Assembly: GCA_963814275.1 (NCBI GenBank)
Contig: CAWFCE010000002.1
Span: forward strand, 1,195,263-1,259,262
Origin: Candidatus Parcubacteria bacterium
GTDB taxonomy: Bacteria; Patescibacteriota; Patescibacteriia; Patescibacteriales; UBA12075
DNA length: 64,000 nucleotides
Direction of reading: 5' to 3'
In this document: one piece after another, positions 1 through 8,598 of the stretch
How positions within the stretch are numbered: position 1 is the stretch's first letter
Layout: each line of letters opens with the position of its first letter
Notes under the pieces: generated by a model
Seen by the model: the letters and a program-made list of their open reading frames with translations, nothing else
Told to the model about the DNA's origin: nothing
Database searches by the model: none
Made by a program: the position numbers and the translations under genes

Positions 1-256
1 AATACAATATAAAAATAAAAAAATTTTCAGTTTTTAAGTCAGCAGAATATCCCGCAAACAATTGAACCGTAAAGCCCTCATCCAGACAGGCATTTTTAAG
101 TTTTTAAATTTTATTTTTAATTCCTATCTCGGCAGTCTGCCACCTGTTTACTGCTTACTACTTACTGATTACTATATTACACGAACAAAAAGCGAAAGTC
201 AAGGGCAATAAAAAACGCTAATTATCAATAATCGGCGTTAAAATAAAAATATAATG

Positions 257-1465
257 CTAATTTTTCTTTCCCAGCTTTACTTTAATGTCTTTGCGCTGTC
301 CCTGGTGGATATAGGTAACGGAGATCTCATCTCCGGCCATGAAACCGCCGATAAGCTTATCCAGGCCATTGTTCCGGTCGATCTCGATATTGTTTATCGC
401 AGAAATAATATCTCCCGCAACAAAACCCGCTTTGGCGGCCGGGCTGCCCGGAACCGCATAAATCCCCTTTTCGTTTGCGGCTACCATCGCCCCTTTGCCC
501 GAACTCACCGTTTCCGTACTGACGGCGCGGCTCAAATCGATATAGTATAAACCAAGCATCGGCTTGGCCGGCTCTTCGCCGTTCAAAAGACAATTAATGC
601 ATGAATTTATATATGATATCGGACGCACCACTCCATCCAGCCCAACTGTGGCAAATAGCTCGTTATTGAAATTAAATACATAAGATCCATATAAGTCCTC
701 ATCCGGCGGGATCGCCAGAATCAGCTGCTGGTCGTAATTATCGCTCAAGCGGACCACGCCGTCATTGCCCGGGTCTTTTATCCCGGATATCGTCGTTAGC
801 AGGCTATTGCCCTCCCAGGAAAGGGCCAAAATCTGCTGGCCGGGCATGACCGATTCGGTTGAAATTTTTTTGACCGGCAGATCATTGCTCGCAACCCTCC
901 AGAAAGAAATGTGCGAAACAATATCCGCTTTGACCGAAATAACCGGCAAGATCATACGGTCTTTCGTAGCGATAGTATATTGCTTTGCCAGCGAATCGAG
1001 CAACTGTGCCCGGGTTGTACTGGCATCGGGCAAAGCATTGAATTCGGACGGCCAATAATGGGACATGATCCATCCGTCGCTGGTAATCACGAAGCCCTGC
1101 CCAACCGGCCGGTCAAGGTCGTAAAATCGGTCCGCTGACGGGCCGGTTGAAGATGCCAGCGGCATTTTATCGGTTGCTACTGACTTGAATATCGCCACAA
1201 AACTATTCTCAACGCTGGCGATCGTTTCTTCGACCTTGGTATTCTGCTCCACTACCACCTTGCGGGCGCCCTGGATAACCACGCTTGACCCGGAAGGGGT
1301 TTGCGATGAGAAATCGAATGTCCCGACAAATGGTATATTAAAAACGGCCTCCCACAGGTAAACCCGTACCAGGATGGTACCGATAATACCGCTTGCCATC
1401 CCAAAAATAGCCACGAAGAGAAGCGGCCCGATTATAGATTTTCTCAATAAAGGTCTATTATCCAT
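257..1465 (-). CDS. membrane-anchored HtrA/DegP-like protease homolog with C-terminal PDZ domain
   Basis: 402-aa ORF with an N-terminal TM helix, a trypsin-fold-like GQGFVITSDGWIMSH segment and a PDZ-like C-terminus (GSPAAKAGFVAGDIISAINN). Confidence 0.55.
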   Translation of the reverse strand: MDNRPLLRKSIIGPLLFVAIFGMASGIIGTILVRVYLWEAVFNIPFVGTFDFSSQTPSGSSVVIQGARKVVVEQNTKVEETIASVENSFVAIFKSVATDKMPLASSTGPSADRFYDLDRPVGQGFVITSDGWIMSHYWPSEFNALPDASTTRAQLLDSLAKQYTIATKDRMILPVISVKADIVSHISFWRVASNDLPVKKISTESVMPGQQILALSWEGNSLLTTISGIKDPGNDGVVRLSDNYDQQLILAIPPDEDLYGSYVFNFNNELFATVGLDGVVRPISYINSCINCLLNGEEPAKPMLGLYYIDLSRAVSTETVSSGKGAMVAANEKGIYAVPGSPAAKAGFVAGDIISAINNIEIDRNNGLDKLIGGFMAGDEISVTYIHQGQRKDIKVKLGKKN

Positions 1466-2228
1466 AAGATAACCAATTGGCGGTTAATAGTACTAATATA
1501 ATGCTCGAAAAACCGAATACCAGATAAGCCCTTACCGTCTGCCTGGTAAGCGTACCCAATAGATAAAATCTGGTCAACCCAATTATAATATAATAACAAA
1601 CCGCCAAAATCAAGCCCAGGATATAGTAGTTAAGGGTTAAAAACGAAATTGACCAGCTCAGTTCGGTGATTATCAGCTCAATAATAAGCAAAAACAAAAA
1701 TCCGCGGGAAAACTGGATTTGATTGATCCAGAAAACCTGAATAACAGCCATCGCCAGCATGATCATCAGCGCGAGAATCAACTTCCATATTTCGATGCCT
1801 AGAAATACCTGTAACCCATAGATGGAAGATGCGATGAAATAAAATGCCAGGAAGTTGCCGTAAGCCGATATATTCTCCATACTGCGAGGCTGATAGCGAC
1901 GGATATCGACGAGATAAAAATATATAGTGCGGAAGTACAAATACAAAAACACGACGTTAACGGCAATGAGGATCTGTATATAAAAGCGGTTCGGTATCGT
2001 TGCGCTGAATATTATGTCTCCAACAAAAAATAAGCCGGGCAAAATAAGATAAAGATACCACTTTTCTTTACGATGGCTGGCAAGTATGAATTGGCGAATA
2101 ACGAAAAAAAATAAAAATTGTCCCAGCACCGCGATCACGTACAGCATTTTAGGGCGGAAATAATACGTTTCCAGAAGCGCTAAAGCGGAGATGACAACCA
2201 ATATGGGCAAAAAACGGTTATATTTCAT
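1458..2228 (-). CDS. polytopic membrane protein, function unknown
   Basis: 256-aa ORF, highly hydrophobic with multiple predicted TM helices; overlaps the downstream gene by 8 nt, consistent with an operon. Confidence 0.5.
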   Translation of the reverse strand: MKYNRFLPILVVISALALLETYYFRPKMLYVIAVLGQFLFFFVIRQFILASHRKEKWYLYLILPGLFFVGDIIFSATIPNRFYIQILIAVNVVFLYLYFRTIYFYLVDIRRYQPRSMENISAYGNFLAFYFIASSIYGLQVFLGIEIWKLILALMIMLAMAVIQVFWINQIQFSRGFLFLLIIELIITELSWSISFLTLNYYILGLILAVCYYIIIGLTRFYLLGTLTRQTVRAYLVFGFSSIILVLLTANWLSYG

Positions 2229-2519
2229 ATGATACGATTCGAAAGCCGGATGATTTATTTTAATAACATTTCAGTTTGGCAAAGGGAATATTATGAGAAT
2301 TTATGCGTTAGCTGAGAATAATGCTGATATATCAATAGTAATAAGACACATGGAATAAGTAATAAGCCCGTTATCAAGGCCATTAGTTTTAAATTGGCTT
2401 GTTACTTATGCCTTATTACTTATTATTTTCTCAAAAAATTTTATCCGGCCGAACCCGTTATCGGCCAAGGCCGGCAAATACGTAATTAAAACTTCCCCGC
2501 AAAGGTCAAATATCCCATC

Positions 2520-3026
2520 CTATTGGTAGAGCCATGGCTGATTGGCGACCGCTAAACGAAGTGACTCCAAGCTGGTTTTTTGCGCGGTCTCATCGCTATC
2601 CAGTATCGACTGCTTCAGCTGGGCCAGGGCCAAAACGGTGTTGACATGAAAATCCATTTCATCCTCCGGGACCACCAACTCCATCAACTCCAGCTTGTAC
2701 TGCGCCAGGGCTTCGATCAATTGGCTGCCGGATAAATTTTCCGTACCGGTCGCGGCCGTAACTTCCGTACCGGTCGCGATATTCAATCCGGCTTTCATGA
2801 GCGCGCCGTTGAAGCCGTCATATATTCGCCGGTACTCCAGGCGGTATTCGTTTTCGATCTGGCTCGGATCGATCCGTTCAGCCAATGAACCCGCCTGTTC
2901 CGTACCGGCCGGCAGGCTCTTGATCTCATCCTGCATATCGATCGGCTTGGAAGAAATGAAAATATAAAGTGATAGCCCCCCTGCTATCACCAGCAGAACC
3001 AATAAAATTCTAATTTCTTTTTTCAT
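2520..3026 (-). CDS. hypothetical TM-anchored protein
   Basis: 168-aa ORF with an N-terminal hydrophobic helix; no recognisable motif. Confidence 0.45.
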   Translation of the reverse strand: MKKEIRILLVLLVIAGGLSLYIFISSKPIDMQDEIKSLPAGTEQAGSLAERIDPSQIENEYRLEYRRIYDGFNGALMKAGLNIATGTEVTAATGTENLSGSQLIEALAQYKLELMELVVPEDEMDFHVNTVLALAQLKQSILDSDETAQKTSLESLRLAVANQPWLYQ

Positions 3027-3098
3027 AGAATAATATTCCTAAATCAATTATAAATTAGATTGAAGTCTGGACTTGTTGTCTGCCGTAATTTATTATTA

Positions 3099-3719
3099 TC
3101 ATTTACCGCTGATGGCAAAGTCATTGGAATGGATTATCTCATAGCTGTTCTTCGCTCCATTCCAGGCTGCGCTGCTGACGCGATACCGGCCCGCTTCAAC
3201 CCCAAGGGACTCCATCTCTCCGCTTGCCAAATCGCAAATATGCCGACTCTGATCCCAGACGAACGTCCTGGTTTCCCCTGGATTCATATCCGGTCCCTCG
3301 CGGCAGGATTCAAAACACTTGCTATCACAGCGCCAAACCGGTTCTATTGCCTGCCAAGAACCGCCGGCATAATATTCGATCAGGGCAACACCGTAGTTCC
3401 TCCCCATGCGCGGATCACCGTATATCGTTAAACCGCTATCGGTGTTATTGCGTATCTGCTTCCCGTAACCGCTTCTGATACTGATATTTACCGGCTCTCC
3501 CGGATTATACATTTGTTTATCCGTCCGTATCGCCATAGGCTGCGTCTTATCACCTTGCGGTATCCCGAATATCGAACCAATCGATAAATTATCTGACCGG
3601 AAGATTAAATAAGACAAAATCAACAAAACGACTAATGCGCCGCCGATTATCAATGTCGGCGTTTTATAATCCGTTTTCCGCCGTAAAACATATTTGTTTA
3701 TTATCCTTTTAATATGCAT
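3099..3719 (-). CDS. hypothetical TM-anchored/extracytoplasmic protein
   Basis: 206-aa ORF with an N-terminal TM helix (LIIGGALVVLLILSYLIF). Confidence 0.45.
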   Translation of the reverse strand: MHIKRIINKYVLRRKTDYKTPTLIIGGALVVLLILSYLIFRSDNLSIGSIFGIPQGDKTQPMAIRTDKQMYNPGEPVNISIRSGYGKQIRNNTDSGLTIYGDPRMGRNYGVALIEYYAGGSWQAIEPVWRCDSKCFESCREGPDMNPGETRTFVWDQSRHICDLASGEMESLGVEAGRYRVSSAAWNGAKNSYEIIHSNDFAISGK

Positions 3720-3761
3720 CTGTGTTTCTATTGATGGCCAAATTAGGGTTAAATGAAGATG

Positions 3762-4205
3762 TTAATGCTGTATATCGATAATTATCGTAACCGGTCCGTC
3801 GTTGACCAGCGACACATTCATTTTTGCCCCGAATTCCCCGGTCGCTACGGATACGCCCCGCTCCTGCAAACACTCGACGAATTTTTCGTAAAACGGGATT
3901 GCTTTTTCCGGCCGGGCAGATGCGATGAAACTCGGCCGATTGCCTTTTTGGGTGTTGCCGTAAAGCGTAAATTGCGGCACGACCAAGATCTCGCCGCCGA
4001 TATCTTTGACCGACAAATTCATTTTGTCCGCTGTATCGCCAAATATCCGCAAATTCATTATTTTGTCGGCCAATTTGCCAATCAGATCTTCCGTATCTTC
4101 TATATGAACCGCCAGCAATACCAGGAGCCCCTGGTTAATCCGCCCGACGACCTTACTGCCGATTTCAACTTTGGCATCTTTGACCCGTTGGATAACAGCG
4201 CGCAT
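3762..4205 (-). CDS. dtd: D-aminoacyl-tRNA deacylase
   Basis: 147 aa. MRAVIQRV...VVPQFTLYG...NRPSF...GEFGA.M.V.L.NDGPVT matches the Dtd family along its full length. Confidence 0.93.
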   Translation of the reverse strand: MRAVIQRVKDAKVEIGSKVVGRINQGLLVLLAVHIEDTEDLIGKLADKIMNLRIFGDTADKMNLSVKDIGGEILVVPQFTLYGNTQKGNRPSFIASARPEKAIPFYEKFVECLQERGVSVATGEFGAKMNVSLVNDGPVTIIIDIQH

Positions 4206-4321
4206 TTATTCAATAAATTAAGCTGGATTATACTGGTATATACCGGATCAGGGCAAGACTCGAATAAACTCCCGGATAACAAGATTCAACGGGATAGCCG
4301 GATTGGATTATGCATTTGCGG

Positions 4322-4648
4322 CTATTCGAATGAAGCGCTGTCCATCTCTACCCAATCGTTTTGGGCGTCGTCCCATTTGTATGCCATTAGCTGATGGCTC
4401 ATTTCCTCGTCGCTGTAAACATAATCCACCTTGGTTTCCGAACCGATGCGCCGCGAGTAAGTGGTTTTCTTGTCCAGGATCACCGGCTTGACCACGTATT
4501 CCAGGCGCATCCGCCCGAGCGGCCCGCCGAATTCGATAAAATCGACCTGTATACCGCCTTCTTCGTCGATCTTGGACCGGCCTTCGTCAAAAACCTGGAA
4601 ATTATCCTTGATATTGCCGAGAATTGTTTTCCATTTATCTGGGGACAT
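4322..4648 (-). CDS. hypothetical protein
   Basis: 108-aa ORF, acidic, no recognisable motif. Confidence 0.45.
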   Translation of the reverse strand: MSPDKWKTILGNIKDNFQVFDEGRSKIDEEGGIQVDFIEFGGPLGRMRLEYVVKPVILDKKTTYSRRIGSETKVDYVYSDEEMSHQLMAYKWDDAQNDWVEMDSASFE

Positions 4649-4754
4649 TTAATAACTTTAATTATTTACACTTATAATTACGTTATGTTCACTTTTGAGA
4701 TTATCGGCTATTAATTGTACCGACAAACCCCACCAGGTAAAATATTGGTCTATA

Positions 4755-5798
4755 TTAATAATATACTGCTTTTGTTTCCATGTCACGCTTCCGATTATGG
4801 TTGGTGTGCTCGGAGATCTGTCCACTGGCGAATAATTGGTCGATCGCTTTGTTCATGGTAACCATCCCTTCCTTGGCTCCGGTCTGAATGACGGACGGTA
4901 TCTGTTCATACTGTCCATGGCGGATCAGGTTGGCTACGGCCGTGTTGTTGACCATTATCTCGCGCGCGGCAATCAAACCGCCGCCTTTTTTCGGCAACAA
5001 CTGCTGGGCCACAACGGCCCGTAGCACTGTAGCCAGCTGATGCGCCACTAATTGGTGGTTTTGGATCGGGAAATAATCCACTATCCTTTCAATGGTTTCG
5101 GCAGCGGTCGTCGTGTGCAGGGTGGAAAGGACCAAATGGCCGGTTTTAGCCGCGGTCAGCGCCGCCTGAATCGTTTCCAGGTCCCGCATTTCACCGACCA
5201 TAATAACATTCGGGTCCTGCCGCAGGGCGTATTTCAGGGCCGAAGCGAAACTGTCGGTATCCCGCCCCAGCTGGCGCTGCTCAACTATGCTCTGCTTATC
5301 GTCAAAAGAATATTCTATCGGGTCCTCTACCGTAATGATATGGGAATGACGCTCGGAATTAATGATGTCGATCATTACCGCCAAAGTCGTCGATTTGCCT
5401 ACCCCCGAAGGTCCGGTTACCAGGATCAAACCGTCTTTAAGATGCGTCATGTGATAGATCGCCTCGCTTATACCGATGTCTTCCGGCCGGGGAATATTGC
5501 TCGGAACCAACCGCGCCGCCAGTCCGATCCTTCCTTTTTGAAAATGCAGGTTAATGCGGAAACGATTATCATAAAATTCAAGCGATAGGTCGATATCACG
5601 CTTGCGTAAAAAACGGTCCTGGGTCTCCTTGTCCAGGCGCCGGAAAAGCGAATATCTAAGTTCACCGTATGGAATCGGCGATTCTTTGAATTTGACCAAT
5701 TCACCGTATATTCTAAGCGATGGGACACTGCCCTCCACCAAATGCAGATCAGACGCGCCATGCTCGATAGCCGCCTTGAAATAAGGTTCTAAGTCCAT
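4755..5798 (-). CDS. pilT: type IV pilus retraction ATPase PilT
   Basis: 347 aa. Walker A motif GPSGVGKSTT, the VGEMRD Asp box and the TGHLVLSTLHT His box, typical of PilT/PilU. Confidence 0.88.
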   Translation of the reverse strand: MDLEPYFKAAIEHGASDLHLVEGSVPSLRIYGELVKFKESPIPYGELRYSLFRRLDKETQDRFLRKRDIDLSLEFYDNRFRINLHFQKGRIGLAARLVPSNIPRPEDIGISEAIYHMTHLKDGLILVTGPSGVGKSTTLAVMIDIINSERHSHIITVEDPIEYSFDDKQSIVEQRQLGRDTDSFASALKYALRQDPNVIMVGEMRDLETIQAALTAAKTGHLVLSTLHTTTAAETIERIVDYFPIQNHQLVAHQLATVLRAVVAQQLLPKKGGGLIAAREIMVNNTAVANLIRHGQYEQIPSVIQTGAKEGMVTMNKAIDQLFASGQISEHTNHNRKRDMETKAVYY

Positions 5799-6041
5799 GA
5801 GGGTGGGTTTTTATAAGATGGGGATAATATTTCTTAATCTTTATATATTATAACATTATCTGCCGATTAAACACAATCGCAGGAAGCGCTGGAGCACGCG
5901 AGCGCTGAGTAGGAAATAAATCGTGAAAAATCCCTATATTATAATATTAAAAGAGGTTAAACTGTATTTAGTCCCTGTTTGATCTTGGATTTTTTCCGTG
6001 TACCTGCGTTCTGGTGTTCACGTGCTAAAATGTTCCGGTGA

Positions 6042-6599
6042 TCACGTTCGCCGGCTGAATTCACAGCCGCAGTAATCCTGGCGATACAAATCCAGTTCGT
6101 GCGAGAGCGCGCAGGCATGCCTGAAGCCGTCCTGTTTTTTGAAATCTCGGGCCAGGAATTCAACTCCGAAAACTGAGGCCAACTCGCTGCCGATCGCCAT
6201 GATCGCTTTGGCGTCTTTGTGCGGACTTACGGTCAAGGTGGTCGTGAATATGCCGAATCCCCGGACTTTGGCTTGCGCTGCCGCTTCTTCCATCCGCAGC
6301 CTATAGCATATCCGGCAACGCTCCCCTTTTTCCTGATCGTTCTCGTACCCGGCGATTGCCTTAAGCCAGTGGCTATGATCGTATTCACCGGTTATAAGAT
6401 CCAGGCCCAGCCGTTTGGCCACCTTCTCGGTTTCCCTGAGCCTTAGTTCGTATTCGGATCGGGGGTAAATATTCGGATTGAAAAAATACAATGTTACATC
6501 GTATTCATCGGTCAGCGTGCTCGCCACATAAGCGCCGCAGCCGATACAGCAGACATGCAAGAATATTTTAGGCTTTACGGAGTAATTTGTATCTGGCAT
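6042..6599 (-). CDS. queH: epoxyqueuosine reductase QueH (DUF208 family)
   Basis: 185 aa. N-terminal LHVCCIGCGAY and C-terminal YCGCEFS cysteine motifs plus the overall length typical of QueH. Confidence 0.72.
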   Translation of the reverse strand: MPDTNYSVKPKIFLHVCCIGCGAYVASTLTDEYDVTLYFFNPNIYPRSEYELRLRETEKVAKRLGLDLITGEYDHSHWLKAIAGYENDQEKGERCRICYRLRMEEAAAQAKVRGFGIFTTTLTVSPHKDAKAIMAIGSELASVFGVEFLARDFKKQDGFRHACALSHELDLYRQDYCGCEFSRRT

Positions 6600-6939
6600 A
6601 CATTATTATTATCATAACAAAAGCTCCCGCCACGCCGGCATAAAAATCGTATATTGACACCGTCCGGCCGGGAATGAACCCTTGCAGATATTCCACGCCG
6701 GCGGAATATGAAGCGCTTATCGCGAGCGCGATAAGGGCGCTTAACAAAAAAGGCAGGCGCGGGATCAATTCCAGCGCCAGAATCACGAAAAACACCAATC
6801 CGCCGAACAAGATCATGTGAAACACTTTGTCATACCAAGTCACCACGGTGCCGTTATACGGAACGCTTGGAGCGCCGGTAACGATCAGAATAAACATGAT
6901 CCAGTTAAATAATAAATACAATCTAAAGAAAATTTTCAT
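6568..6939 (-). CDS. VanZ-like membrane protein
   Basis: 123 aa, 4 TM helices, DKVFHMILFGGL motif characteristic of the VanZ family. Confidence 0.55.
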   Translation of the reverse strand: MKIFFRLYLLFNWIMFILIVTGAPSVPYNGTVVTWYDKVFHMILFGGLVFFVILALELIPRLPFLLSALIALAISASYSAGVEYLQGFIPGRTVSIYDFYAGVAGAFVMIIIMYARYKLLRKA

Positions 6940-7045
6940 AAAAATATACCATTGATGATGGTATTTACACTAATCATTAACCACACACCACATAGCACGC
7001 CTCACCAAAAATACAGCTAAAAAAATCAACTAAAGAGGAGATGTG

Positions 7046-8149
7046 TTACGTGTTATGTGGCCGGTGTCTTTCAAAATACGTCACTGCGACTATTATTCCC
7101 AGCATGATCAATACCAAAACCGCGAGGGCCAGGAGTTTGCCGATACTTTGGAAAAAAAGCGCCAGCAGGCCGAAACCGGCGGCGGCCAGATAATATAATA
7201 GCACGGTCTGCCTCTGCGTCAAGCCAAGGTCAAGCATGCGGAAATGAAGATGCCGCCGGTCAGCGAATTTGAACGGGTTTTGGCCTGATTTGAGGCGCCG
7301 GACGATCGTCCAGGCGACGTCCAGTATCGGGATACCCATGATCAAAAGGGCAATCGCGATCTTGCCGCCGGAAATGATCGCCAATACGCCCAGGGCATAC
7401 CCCAAAAAAAGAGAGCCGCCTTCACCCAGAAAGATCTTGGCCGGATGCCAATTGAAAATGAGAAAACCGAGACAGGCGGCGGTCAGCACCAGGGCGGCCA
7501 GGCCGATGTCCGGCTGGAAATAACGGGTGGTCATGGTAAACAAAAAAACGATAAAACTGCCGATCGCCCCTATCCCCGTTACCAGGCCATCCACTCCGTC
7601 CAGAAGCTTGGTCGTATACATCATCCCCATGAGCCAGAGCATGATCAACAAATCGGAGATAACGGTAAAATAATAGACCGTTCCGTTCCAGAGAAAGATC
7701 GGTATCTTTACCGCGTCCAGATAAAAATATCCTCCCAGCGGATTACTGACCTTGGCGATCTCCACGCCGCCAGCCACGACCGCCACGGCCGCCAGGATCG
7801 GGAATATAATCTGCCGGCCCGGGGGCAGGTGGTATTTGTCGTCAAGGAATCCGCCGATCATCAGGATCAGGCCGCCAACGAAAAAACCGATCCAATGCCG
7901 CGGCTCCAGCCCCCGCTCAACAAGTTTGCTTCCCAAGGGATACAGGATAACAAAAAATGTGGCAAAAATCGCCACCCCGCCCAAAAGCGGCACCGCCCGT
8001 TCGTGCTTCTTTCTTTCCAGATTCGGCTTATCGACCACTCCGATCCTCTCCGCGGCTATACGGACCACGAAGGTAAACAAAATCGAAAACAGAAAAGCAA
8101 AAAGAAAAACGCTGATATTGAATAAAAAGTCTATATTCGCTATTGACAC
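7046..8149 (-). CDS. glycosyltransferase family 4 (WecA/MraY-type polyprenyl-phosphate sugar-phosphate transferase)
   Basis: 367-aa polytopic membrane protein with VDKPNLERKKHERAVPLLGGVAIF and LDDKYHLPP motifs. Confidence 0.8.
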   Translation of the reverse strand: MSIANIDFLFNISVFLFAFLFSILFTFVVRIAAERIGVVDKPNLERKKHERAVPLLGGVAIFATFFVILYPLGSKLVERGLEPRHWIGFFVGGLILMIGGFLDDKYHLPPGRQIIFPILAAVAVVAGGVEIAKVSNPLGGYFYLDAVKIPIFLWNGTVYYFTVISDLLIMLWLMGMMYTTKLLDGVDGLVTGIGAIGSFIVFLFTMTTRYFQPDIGLAALVLTAACLGFLIFNWHPAKIFLGEGGSLFLGYALGVLAIISGGKIAIALLIMGIPILDVAWTIVRRLKSGQNPFKFADRRHLHFRMLDLGLTQRQTVLLYYLAAAGFGLLALFFQSIGKLLALAVLVLIMLGIIVAVTYFERHRPHNT

Positions 8150-8220
8150 AAATTTATTTTAGTTATATAATAAATTGTTGGTATAATATAAACCTATAAA
8201 AGCATTGGGAGGAGGAAAGC

Positions 8221-8508
8221 TTGAAGAATAAAAGTCGAAAGAGCAAAACCGCGGCAGTTAAACCAAAAGCACCCAAAAAAACAAAACAGCAATTTGACGT
8301 TTACGGGCACAAAATTTTCGACGGGGATGGAAATGTATTAATACTTACAAACAATATCCCCGTTGATCTAATCAACAAATTGGAAGAAATAAGAAGGAGA
8401 GGTATTGATGTCGGGATTACACTTGCCGTTATCGAAAAATTCAATGATGGCACCGAGAAAGCGACATTCAACAAGGATGTCGTATACAACAGGATAATAA
8501 AACTTTAG
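8221..8508 (+). CDS. hypothetical basic protein
   Basis: 95-aa ORF with a TTG start preceded by GGGAGGAGGAAAGC (strong SD). Confidence 0.45.
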   Translation: MKNKSRKSKTAAVKPKAPKKTKQQFDVYGHKIFDGDGNVLILTNNIPVDLINKLEEIRRRGIDVGITLAVIEKFNDGTEKATFNKDVVYNRIIKL

Positions 8509-8520
8509 AGTTTTTTTACA

Positions 8521-8556
8521 GGACCGCAGCCGAGCTGTGGTCCTTTTCTTTTTTTA
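8521..8556. terminator. rho-independent terminator between convergent genes
   Basis: GGACCGCAGC-CGAG-CTGTGGTCC hairpin followed by a T-run. Confidence 0.55.
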
Positions 8557-8598
8557 AACATTAAAATACTGTCCAATATCCTTTTCTGGAAAATTGTA

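Noticed and set aside
3753-4394. Long antisense ORFs in the core blocks (e.g. 3753-4394, 7445-8125, 10720-11112, 13936-14532, 19074-19814, 24363-24893, 52077-52532, 55270-55956).
   Set aside because: Each lies opposite a gene with clear family motifs (dtd, GT4, clp, pyrG, PEGA, HD, histidine kinase, SPFH). Their translations are low-complexity or Arg/Gly/Pro-rich, as is typical of shadow ORFs.
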